Positions 27,750 through 35,854 of a stretch of DNA of 64,000 bases are shown piece by piece (positions within the stretch are counted from its first letter, which is position 1; each line of letters opens with the position of its first letter). The stretch covers positions 36,054 through 100,053 of the forward strand of contig CAVVHG010000012.1 in assembly GCA_963747985.1 (NCBI GenBank). The letters run 5' to 3'. Source of the DNA: an uncultured Acidobacteriota bacterium. Lineage in GTDB: Bacteria > Acidobacteriota > UBA6911. Made by a program: the position numbers and the translations under genes. The notes under the pieces were generated by a model, which saw only the letters and a program-made list of their open reading frames with translations, was not told where the DNA came from and made no database searches.

Positions 27750-28469
27750 TCAGTAGACCCGGCGGAATCCCGGCTCGAGCAGCCGCATAGCCAGAAGAGC
27801 CGGCGCCACACAAAGCTGAAAGAGCATCAGAGCCAGGGGGAACCAGTAGAACACGGCGGGGGCTTCCCGCAACCAGATCATTGCCGGCACCATGGCTGCA
27901 AAGCTGACGTAGTTGGTAAGCGACTCGAACCCGGGCTTCCAGTGGGTCGTGATCAGGCTCGTGATCGGATATGGGATCGGTGACCAGCAGAGCAGAACCA
28001 GCATGCTCGTGTAAGCGGTAGCCCAGGCGGGAGGAAGCCCGAGCAGCCAGAAAAGCAGGACCGAGAAGAAGACCGGAGGAGCGCCGCGGCTGAATCCCTT
28101 TTCGAGGATCTGCGCCTTCATCGAGTACTTGAGGCTGCATGTAACCGCGGCCGCCAACGCCAATGGCCGGCCCCAGCCAGGGAGGAACACCCCCGCATGC
28201 CAACAGAAGAGCATGGGCACGAAGGTCAGCCCGATGACATCGGTGATCAAGTCGAGCGTCTCGCCGGAGATCTCAGGCAGGTGTTGTCGAATGCGAAAGA
28301 AGCGGGCCAGGGTGCCGTCTGTGTGATCCACGAAGAGCACCAGAAGCAGCCAGCGGATTGCAGCGTTGAAGTTGCCCCCCAGAATGTCCTGAGCGGCCAG
28401 CATGGCGAAGCCAAGGCCGGCCAAAGTCCAAAGATGGATCAAGAACCGCCACCGCAAGAAGATGTTCAT
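27750..28469 (-). CDS. CDP-alcohol phosphatidyltransferase family protein.
   Basis: LFVDHTDGTLARFFRIRQHLPEISGETLDLITD matches D-x2-DG-x2-AR...G-x3-D-x3-D. Multi-TM. The ATG overlaps the upstream gene stop (ATGA). An RBS GGAGGGGAG is upstream. Confidence 0.75.
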   Translation of the reverse strand: MNIFLRWRFLIHLWTLAGLGFAMLAAQDILGGNFNAAIRWLLLVLFVDHTDGTLARFFRIRQHLPEISGETLDLITDVIGLTFVPMLFCWHAGVFLPGWGRPLALAAAVTCSLKYSMKAQILEKGFSRGAPPVFFSVLLFWLLGLPPAWATAYTSMLVLLCWSPIPYPITSLITTHWKPGFESLTNYVSFAAMVPAMIWLREAPAVFYWFPLALMLFQLCVAPALLAMRLLEPGFRRVY

Positions 28470-29711
28470 GGTTGTGCGCTCCCCTCCGGGCCCGCGTGCT
28501 TGAGGACGGTGGCCACCTCGAAGTGGGAGTAAACCCACGACCGATCCTCAGCGAGCAGGCGTCCGGCAATTACAGTTTCTGGTCGAAACAGGTGAGTGAG
28601 CGTAGGCGGCGTCTGTCTTCGGACAAGCAGATTGCGATAGCAGACGCGCGCGTTGGGGCGCGCTACGCGATGCGTTTCACGCAGAGCCTGCTCGAAAGCA
28701 TCCCCGGGCAACCATTCGAAGACGTTAGAGTAGGCAAAGGCATCGACTCGACGAGTCCGGCATCTTCGCAAGGAATGCGCCGAGTTCCATGGTTTCAACC
28801 TCAACGTGATCGACTGCCGATTGGAGCGCCGGGTAGTTTTCGGCCAGCAGGTAAGGGGGCATGGTCCTTTCGTCGAGGTAGTGTCCCAGGCAGATCTGAG
28901 CGGCGAAGTAATTTTCCTGTGGCGGCAGCTCCACCAGTGCATGCCTCGTAAGGCGGAGAAAATGGGCTCCGAAGTCTTCGATTCCGTCCACGTATGTGAA
29001 GAATGCGCGATCGAGGCCGGCACCGCCCAGGACCGGGCGTGAGAAGAAAAGACGGAAGCACAGCCTCCAGAGGCGTGTGTTCCACTGGTCTTCGTAGAAC
29101 CTCCGCCGCTCCTCCAATGATCGCGGCGCGAAGAGCTGCTCGACCCTCCGGCGTCCTTCGATGAGGATGAGGAGCCTGCGGAATGCAGCCAGATACCGCT
29201 CGTATCGCCCCGCGCGCAGGACGCCGGCTTCGATCAGCGGCAGGTGCGTATCCCAGAAGACGACGGCAGAACGAGGAAGGGCGGTCCGGCACTGCGCGTA
29301 CAGCCGACCTCGACGGTTAGACGCGCGGACTCCGAGCAGTTCCAGATACTCGGGGTGAGAAAGGCACTTCGTCCCCGCGATCTTCAGCCGGAGCAGGTGA
29401 CCCTGGGCAGCATTCAGATCGACGGCGAGGATCCGCTCCGGCCGCAGAAGAGACAGGGACAGTGCAGTACAGCCGCCTGAGGTCACGACCACAGCCGTTT
29501 TGCCGGGCTGCAGGCAGAGCGACTCGGCATCCATGCGGGGGTCTTCCCAGCACTGCGAGAAGAGCAGCCGCTCAAAGACAGGGCGCGCCAGGATGGGAGC
29601 AGAGGTTTGTTCCTCCCGAGCGGCCTGGAAACCGCCGGCGGCCCATGTCGAGGCGTGCGAGCGTACCGCCATGGACGAAGAGTCCTGGGAGATATCTGGT
29701 TGGTTCAGCAT
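28466..29711 (-). pseudogene. BtaA-like S-adenosylmethionine:diacylglycerol 3-amino-3-carboxypropyl transferase (DUF3419), interrupted by a frameshift near 28745-28755.
   Basis: N-terminal part (frame 1, 29711->28725): ...LLFSQCWEDPRMDAESL...AVVVTSGGCTALSLSLL...ILAVDLNAAQ... C-terminal part (frame 2, ->28466): VDAFAYSNVFEWLPGDAFEQALRETHRVARPNARVCYRNLLVRR... The junction is at GACTCGTCGAGTCGATGCC, where ...KMPDSSS becomes RVDAF... RBS GGAGCAG. Confidence 0.6.
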
Positions 29712-30934
29712 ACGGCTGCTCCTTTCACTGAACATGAGGCGTGAGACGGGTAGGTTGCTGGTTCGACAGGGTTCTGCCGGCCCCAGCGCGTGCGTTCGCA
29801 GAAGGCAAACAGGCGGTCCAGATAGTCCGCGACCCGGGGGCATCTGAGGCCGGCTTCTCCAAGCGCGCTGCGAGCACCCGAGTCATCGAATTCCTTGTGG
29901 CCTTCCAGGTAGGCGAAGAAAGTGCGCAACCCGCGGTTTCTCTCCGTGCAGCGGGAGACGAATCGCAGCGGTTCACCGCCCGGGTGGAACCACCAGATTG
30001 CGCGCGCAAGGAGCTCCTGGGCCGAGATCGTGCCGGACCGGCCGGCGACCAACTGGTAGCAGCTGCCCATGCTTTCGCGGTGTTCCATGAGCTCGACGAC
30101 GGAATCTGCTACATAGTCCACCGGGACCAGGTCGAGCGGTGTTCGCGGTTCACCCGACACGCATCGCACCATCCCCTCGGCGACGAGGCGAAGCGGCCAA
30201 TAGATCGACGCGAAGTTGCAGGTATAACCGTCGCGGGAATCGCCTACGATGATGCTCGGCCGGAAGACAGCAATGGGCAGGTTTGCCCCGGCAGACCGGG
30301 CCAGGAGCTCAGACTCGAACTTCGACTGCTCGTAGGCATTGAGGAAGTTCTGGCCGCACTGCAGCTCTTTTTCCAGAATGCAGCCTTGTCGATCACCAGC
30401 AACGAAAGCCGTACTGATCCAGGCAAGCGATTGGAGCCGGGTGCAGGACTGTGCCAACCGCAGGACCTCCTGCGCGCCCCCAAGGTTGGTCCTGCGCGCC
30501 TCAGAGAGCGATGTGTTCAGATGGACGGAGGCAGCTGAGTGGATGATCCGGGTGATTCTGCCGGCCAACTCCGTCGCAGTTCGCGGATCCATTCCGAGCC
30601 GCGGAAGGCTGAGGTCGCCCCGAAGCGGGCGAAGGCGGGTTCTGTCAAGGCCAGGCCAACGCGAGGCAAGAGAGTTGATTAGGCCCAGGAAGCGGCACTG
30701 CACATCGACGTCGTCACGCCCCCTGATAAGCAGGTAGATAGGTTGCCCTTGGCTGCGGGCGAGGAGGCGCGGGACCATCTCGCGCCCCAGAAGGCCGGTG
30801 GCTCCAGTGAGAAGAATCGCCCCTCGTTCCCTCCGGCACCACCCTGGCTCAGGGATTCTTTGACGGGTTTGCCAAATCGTCCGCCGATCGTGGGGCTGAG
30901 TGGTCGGTACTGCTTTACCGTGAGGCGTTGCCAT
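29705..30934 (-). CDS. Thioester-reductase / fatty-acyl-reductase-like SDR (NAD_binding_4, male-sterility domain).
   Basis: GGAGG lies 6 nt before ATG 30934 (MATPHGK...). ILLTGATGLLGREMVPRLL...IYLLIRGRD...LRGDLSLPRLGMD...IIHSAASV...ISTAFVAGD...NAYEQSKFESE matches the thioester-reductase domain pattern. The stop overlaps the BtaA-like start. Confidence 0.65.
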   Translation of the reverse strand: MATPHGKAVPTTQPHDRRTIWQTRQRIPEPGWCRRERGAILLTGATGLLGREMVPRLLARSQGQPIYLLIRGRDDVDVQCRFLGLINSLASRWPGLDRTRLRPLRGDLSLPRLGMDPRTATELAGRITRIIHSAASVHLNTSLSEARRTNLGGAQEVLRLAQSCTRLQSLAWISTAFVAGDRQGCILEKELQCGQNFLNAYEQSKFESELLARSAGANLPIAVFRPSIIVGDSRDGYTCNFASIYWPLRLVAEGMVRCVSGEPRTPLDLVPVDYVADSVVELMEHRESMGSCYQLVAGRSGTISAQELLARAIWWFHPGGEPLRFVSRCTERNRGLRTFFAYLEGHKEFDDSGARSALGEAGLRCPRVADYLDRLFAFCERTRWGRQNPVEPATYPSHASCSVKGAAVC

Positions 30935-31317
30935 TTCGGCCTCCAGCGTTGGCAACATTATCGGCGGCCTGCGCCGACCGATCCATGCACAGCATGCCAA
31001 CTCCTCCGCAATCGTTTGTCTCCGGCTAAGTTGCTATGAATACAGGGCTGCCAAACCGTCTTTCTCCTGGGTCTCTCGAGAATCAGGAGCACAGAGGGGT
31101 CCAGCAGGGAGAAGAGGAACAATGCAGGAGTCGCATGTATCCTTGACCGGCAGCTGGCGCAGGCCCTTCGCACATGCATTCCGGGCCCGGTGCGTGGAAG
31201 CGGACGCGCTTCGCCTTGGTGGGCGCGTGCCGCGGGCGCGCGCATTGCAGCGGTAGAAGAAGGGGTATCGTTCTGCGCCGTGTCCCTGCCGGCAGGGCGG
31301 ACCTATGTGTCCTGTTA

Positions 31318-32624
31318 TCAGGGCTTCTTGTAGATCACGCCATCTTTCATGACGAAGCGGACATCCCTTACGGCTTTGATGTCCCGGGTAGGATCGCCCG
31401 GAACAGCGATGATGTCTGCGAGGAATCCCGGCTGGATCCGGCCAAGGCGGTCCTGCATGCGAATGATCTTCGCGTTAATCGCTGTCGCTGCCGTCAACGC
31501 CTGCACCGGAGTCATTCCATAGCGGACCATCATTTCAAGCTCTCGACAGTTGGTTCCGTGGGCAAAGACGCCGACATCGCTGCCGAGCCCGATTGTGACC
31601 CCGGCCTTGAACGCGGCCTGGAATGCAGCCTGAGCCTGTTTCATCGCGGCGGTAGGGGCAGTGCCCGGCTTATAGCCGTCGAAATATTCCGCGTAAGCCT
31701 CATCTGCGGCCAGCGTCGGCAGGTACGCGACGTTGCGTTGAGCCATCAGGCGGAAGACTTCTTCGGTACCGCCGTATCCGTGTTCAATCGTCTCGACCCC
31801 GGCCAGTGTCGCGCGGCGCATGCCTTCTGCGGTCGTGGCGTGAGCCGCCACGGGCCTGCCCGCGGAATGCGCCTCTTCGACAAGGACACGCAGTTCATCC
31901 TCGCCGAAGGTCGGGACCGTGCTGCCGCCGGGGCCGCGGCGGTAATCCGCGTAGACTTTGATCCAGTCCGCACCGTGTCCGGCCTGCTCGCGCACGGCTT
32001 TCAGAATCTCGGCCGTTCCGCTCACCGCCTGCGCGCCGCACGGCAGCACGATGTCGGGGGCAAAACCACGCGGACCAGGGCCATAGCTGGCAGTCGCCAC
32101 GATCGCCAGCGTAGCAGTCAGAAGGCGGGGTCCCGGTATCAGCCCCTCGTCGATGGCCTGTTTGATCGAGAGGTCGCCGTAGCCGGCTCCCTCGGTTCCA
32201 AGGTCGCGCAGCAGGGTGAAGCCGGCCATCAGGGTGTCCCGCACGTGGTTCACGGCTCTGACCGTCCTGTATGCCGGAGCTTCCTTGAGCACCTGGTCGT
32301 TCCACAGGGTCTCGTCGTACGGACGAAGGAATATGTGGGAATGGATGTCGCTGAGGCCGGGAAGGAGCGTCAGGCCGGGAAGCTCGATTTTCCGTGCGTT
32401 CCCGGGAATGGTGACCAGTCCGGATGGGCCGGCCGCCGAGATAGTCTTGCCGGTTACGACTACCGCCCAGCCTTCCCGAAGCCTGCCTTCGATCCCGTCG
32501 AAGACGCGCGCTGGTAGAAGGACATACACGTCTGGCGGCTCCCTGTTCGACTGGTTCTGAAACGTATGGCCAGCACCGACGCCCAAAAGGACTGCCAGCA
32601 AAATCAGAACGAGTACCCTGCGCA
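31318..32624 (-). CDS. Amidohydrolase family protein, secreted.
   Basis: RBS AGGAGG. Signal peptide [19 protein letters not shown]. ...[13 protein letters not shown]...AAHATTAEG...GLGSDVGV... Confidence 0.75.
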
Positions 32625-32730
32625 TCGCACCTCCTGCCTGACTGAGGACCCGTCGCATGGCGTATAGTGTGAATTCCTGTGAGAGTTGCCTGCCAAGTAT
32701 GCACCCGTTGGCAAGGAATTGTCCCAGCCA

Positions 32731-32782
32731 AACCAGATTACCACGCAATCGACGGCAGCCTTATAATGGCGCCGGAGGCAAC
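32731..32782 (+). promoter_or_regulatory. Sigma70-type promoter cassette, copy 2 (TTACCA, 18 nt spacer, TATAAT-GGCG).
   Basis: aaccagaTTACCAcgcaatcgacggcagccTTATAATggcgccggaggcaac, upstream of the S9 peptidase gene. A near-duplicate of 24343-24394. Confidence 0.5.
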
Positions 32783-32846
32783 GGGATCAGGAAGATTACT
32801 CCGGACGGACATTTCACAGACTGAGGGACGGGCAGTGGAGGCAGGC

Positions 32847-34901
32847 ATGCGCATACTGGCAATAGTGGTGACGTTGTCGATCATGGGTCTGACGGCGACC
32901 GCAGTCGCCGCGGAGCCGCATCCGTTTTCGGTGGTGGACATGCTGGCGATGGAGCGCATCTCGGATCCACAGGTGTCTCCCGACGGGAAGCTGGTGGCCT
33001 TTTCCGTCAGCGTGACGGATCTCGAGGCGAACCGGCGGCGTTCCGACATCTACGTTGCCACGCTGGGCGGATCCTCCGTGCGCAGGATGACCAGCAACCC
33101 GGCGAGCGACACGCAGCCGCGTTGGAGTCCTGACGGCAAGAGCCTGTTCTTTGTTTCGAATCGGGATGAGTCGGCGCAGGTATGGCGCCTGTCTCTGGAG
33201 GGGGGAGAGGCAGAGCAAGTCACGAAGCTCCCACTGGGTGTCGATGCGCTGAAGGTATCGCCCGACGGGAAATTGCTGCTGTTTTCCATGCCGGTCTTCC
33301 CCGGGAAGTCTCCTGAGGAGACGCGTCAGGTGCTTGACGCAAAGGAAAAATCCAAGGCCACCGGCATTCTTTTCGACCGCCTCTTCATTCGTCACTGGGA
33401 CACGTGGGAGGACGGCACGCGCAATCATCTGTTCGTCTACCCTCTCCCTTCCGGGCCGGCGCGCGACCTGATGCCTGCGATGAGCGCAGACTGCCCCGGT
33501 AAACCGTTCGGCGGCCCCGAAGAGTTCACGGTATCGCCTGATGGGAAAACGATCGTATTCACCGCGAAGGATGTGGGGCGGGAGGAGGCATGGTCGACGA
33601 ATTACGATCTCTTCCGCGTGCCTGCTGACGCTTCGTTTCCGCCGGAGAAGATCACCTCCAATGCCGCCTGGGATACTCAGCCCCTGTTCTCGCCGGACGG
33701 CGGGACATTAGCCTATCTCGCGATGAGCCGTCCGGGATACGAGGCGGACCGCTTCGACATTGTTTTTCGAGACTGGTTGAGCGCGCGGGAACGGAAGGTC
33801 ACCTTGCGCGTCGACGGTATGCCGCTCGGTGACCGTTCTGCGGGGGAACTGCTCTGGCCGGCGGACGGGAAAGAAATCTTTTGCACCTCTGATAACCTCG
33901 GACAGCATGCGATCTTCGCGGTCGATGTGGCATCCGGTGCGGCGCGAATGCTCGTGGGGCAGGGGACAGTGGCCGGCCTGCAGTACGTTGCCGGCGGGCG
34001 GCTTTTGTACGGAATGCACTCGTTGCTGGGTCCGCTCGAGTTATACACCGTGGGAACGGATGGCAAGGATGTGCGCCGGGTTACGCACCTCAACGACACA
34101 AGGGTCGCCGCCGCGAAATTCGGCAAGCCCGAGCAGTTTGCTTTCAAGGGTGCAAAAGGCGATACCGTCTACGGCTACATCGTGTACCCGGTCGATTTCG
34201 ATCCGGCGAAAAAATACCCCGTAGCATTTCTCATCCACGGCGGTCCGCAGGGATCGTTCGGAAACGATTTCCACTACCGGTGGAATCCGCAGGCCTATGC
34301 CGGGGCCGGCTACGCTGTGGTGATGGTCGACTTTCACGGGTCGACCGGTTACGGCCAGGTGTTTACCGATGCGATCAACAATGATTGGGGCGGGGCGCCG
34401 TACGAGGACCTGATGAAGGGCCTCGACTTCGCCCTCGAGAAGTACCCGTTCCTCAACAGGGATCGTATAGGCGCCCTCGGGGCGTCATACGGGGGCTACA
34501 TGATCAGTTGGATAGCAGGCCACACGGATCGATTCAGGACGCTCGTCTGTCACGACGGGAACCTGGATGAGCTCATGGCCTACTACGATACCGAGGAACT
34601 CTGGTTCCCCGAGTGGGAGCATGGCGGTCCTGCATATGACAATCCGGCCGGGTACACCAGGGATAGTCCACTGAGTTTCGCCGGGAACTGGAAGACCCCC
34701 ATGCTGGTGATTCACGGCGGCAAGGACTATCGGGTAGTTGATACTCAAGGTATTTCCACGTTCACGCTTCTTCAGCGCCGGGGCATCCCGTCGAAGTTCC
34801 TGTATTTCCCCGACGAGAATCACTGGGTGCTGAAGCCATCCAACACCATTCAGTGGCACGAAACGGTGCTCGGGTGGCTGGATCAATGGCTCAAGAAATA
34901 A
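32847..34901 (+). CDS. S9 family serine peptidase (prolyl oligopeptidase / dipeptidyl peptidase-like) with an N-terminal beta-propeller, secreted.
   Basis: RBS GGAGG. Signal peptide MRILAIVVTLSIMGLTATAVAA. Tol-type propeller repeats (SPDGK...). The C-terminal part is ...HGGPQGSFGNDF...IGALGASYGGYM...HGGKDYRV. Confidence 0.8.
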   Translation: MRILAIVVTLSIMGLTATAVAAEPHPFSVVDMLAMERISDPQVSPDGKLVAFSVSVTDLEANRRRSDIYVATLGGSSVRRMTSNPASDTQPRWSPDGKSLFFVSNRDESAQVWRLSLEGGEAEQVTKLPLGVDALKVSPDGKLLLFSMPVFPGKSPEETRQVLDAKEKSKATGILFDRLFIRHWDTWEDGTRNHLFVYPLPSGPARDLMPAMSADCPGKPFGGPEEFTVSPDGKTIVFTAKDVGREEAWSTNYDLFRVPADASFPPEKITSNAAWDTQPLFSPDGGTLAYLAMSRPGYEADRFDIVFRDWLSARERKVTLRVDGMPLGDRSAGELLWPADGKEIFCTSDNLGQHAIFAVDVASGAARMLVGQGTVAGLQYVAGGRLLYGMHSLLGPLELYTVGTDGKDVRRVTHLNDTRVAAAKFGKPEQFAFKGAKGDTVYGYIVYPVDFDPAKKYPVAFLIHGGPQGSFGNDFHYRWNPQAYAGAGYAVVMVDFHGSTGYGQVFTDAINNDWGGAPYEDLMKGLDFALEKYPFLNRDRIGALGASYGGYMISWIAGHTDRFRTLVCHDGNLDELMAYYDTEELWFPEWEHGGPAYDNPAGYTRDSPLSFAGNWKTPMLVIHGGKDYRVVDTQGISTFTLLQRRGIPSKFLYFPDENHWVLKPSNTIQWHETVLGWLDQWLKK

Positions 34902-34922
34902 GGAGAGAGGAGAGGATCATCC

Positions 34923-35651
34923 ATGAAGACCAAGTTGCTGCTCCCCGTCGCTTTGCTGGGAATTGTGCTGGCCGTTGCCGGCTTAACGAACGGTCAGCCG
35001 TCCGGCGATCCGTTGCTGGAAGGATTCCGACAGGCTGAGGTTGCGAGTGTCGCGGATGCGATCGAACAGTTGTATGGCACTCAAAATTACATGCACCATG
35101 ACATGCGCGCACTGTTCAAAACGAAATTTGCCGGGCCGGCCGTCACTGTAATGATGAAAAGGGAGGAACACAAGGAGGGGTCTGCCGCATCGCAGGGGAT
35201 GATCGACGCGATCGACGGCGCGCCTGCGGGTTCCGTGTACGTGATGGTGCTGCAGGACGGCCTGGATTATGGAGGCATCGGCGGCTTGATGGTCACTACC
35301 ATGAAGGTGCGCGGGCTGGCCGGCGCTATCGTGGATGGCTCAATCCGTGATCTTCCCCAGATTCAACGGCTGCAGTTTCCCGTGTACAGCCGCGGCGTCT
35401 CGCCGGGCACCACGATCGGTCACTTTCGCTGCGTAGGCGTCAACGTCCCGGTTACCTGTGCGGGCGTGACCGTAAATCCCCAGGACATCATCGCGGCGGA
35501 TGAGGACGGTGTAGTGGTGGTGCCGCGTGACAAGGCGGAAGAAGTATTGAAGAAGGCGAGGGAACTGGATCTGCAGGAGCACTCCATGTACCCGTTCATC
35601 GAGCGGTTCAGGTCGCTGAAAGAGGCCGTTGCCAAGTTCGGCCGGCTCTGA
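34923..35651 (+). CDS. RraA-family (RraA / 4-hydroxy-4-methyl-2-oxoglutarate aldolase-like) protein with an N-terminal signal peptide.
   Basis: MKTKLLLPVALLGIVLAVAGLTNG, then ...GSVYVMVLQDGLDYGGIGGLMVTTMKVRGLAGAIVDGSIRD...VVVVPRDKAEEVL matches the RraA/MenG fold pattern. Confidence 0.65.
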   Translation: MKTKLLLPVALLGIVLAVAGLTNGQPSGDPLLEGFRQAEVASVADAIEQLYGTQNYMHHDMRALFKTKFAGPAVTVMMKREEHKEGSAASQGMIDAIDGAPAGSVYVMVLQDGLDYGGIGGLMVTTMKVRGLAGAIVDGSIRDLPQIQRLQFPVYSRGVSPGTTIGHFRCVGVNVPVTCAGVTVNPQDIIAADEDGVVVVPRDKAEEVLKKARELDLQEHSMYPFIERFRSLKEAVAKFGRL

Positions 35652-35854
35652 TGAATGGGGTCGGACCGAGGCAACTCGTTTGCACACTTTGGATTGGCCT
35701 GTTCTCGGACTTCGAAAGCGGCCTCATGAGCGATTTTGGGTGCCTTTTTCCCTCCATAAGGAGAACGGCACCCTGAGGCCAGTCCCGCTGGCGCAAAAAA
35801 GAGGGCATCAAAATCCCGTTCTAAACGCCCTTTTGGAGATGGGAATGTCCCTAT

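Noticed and set aside
29741-30538. 265-aa plus-strand ORF opposite the FAR-like reductase gene
   Set aside because: It is an antisense shadow. The minus strand carries the Rossmann and YxxxK motifs.
31174-32517. 447-aa plus-strand ORF opposite the amidohydrolase gene
   Set aside because: It is antisense to an amidohydrolase with a signal peptide, an RBS and metal-binding motifs.
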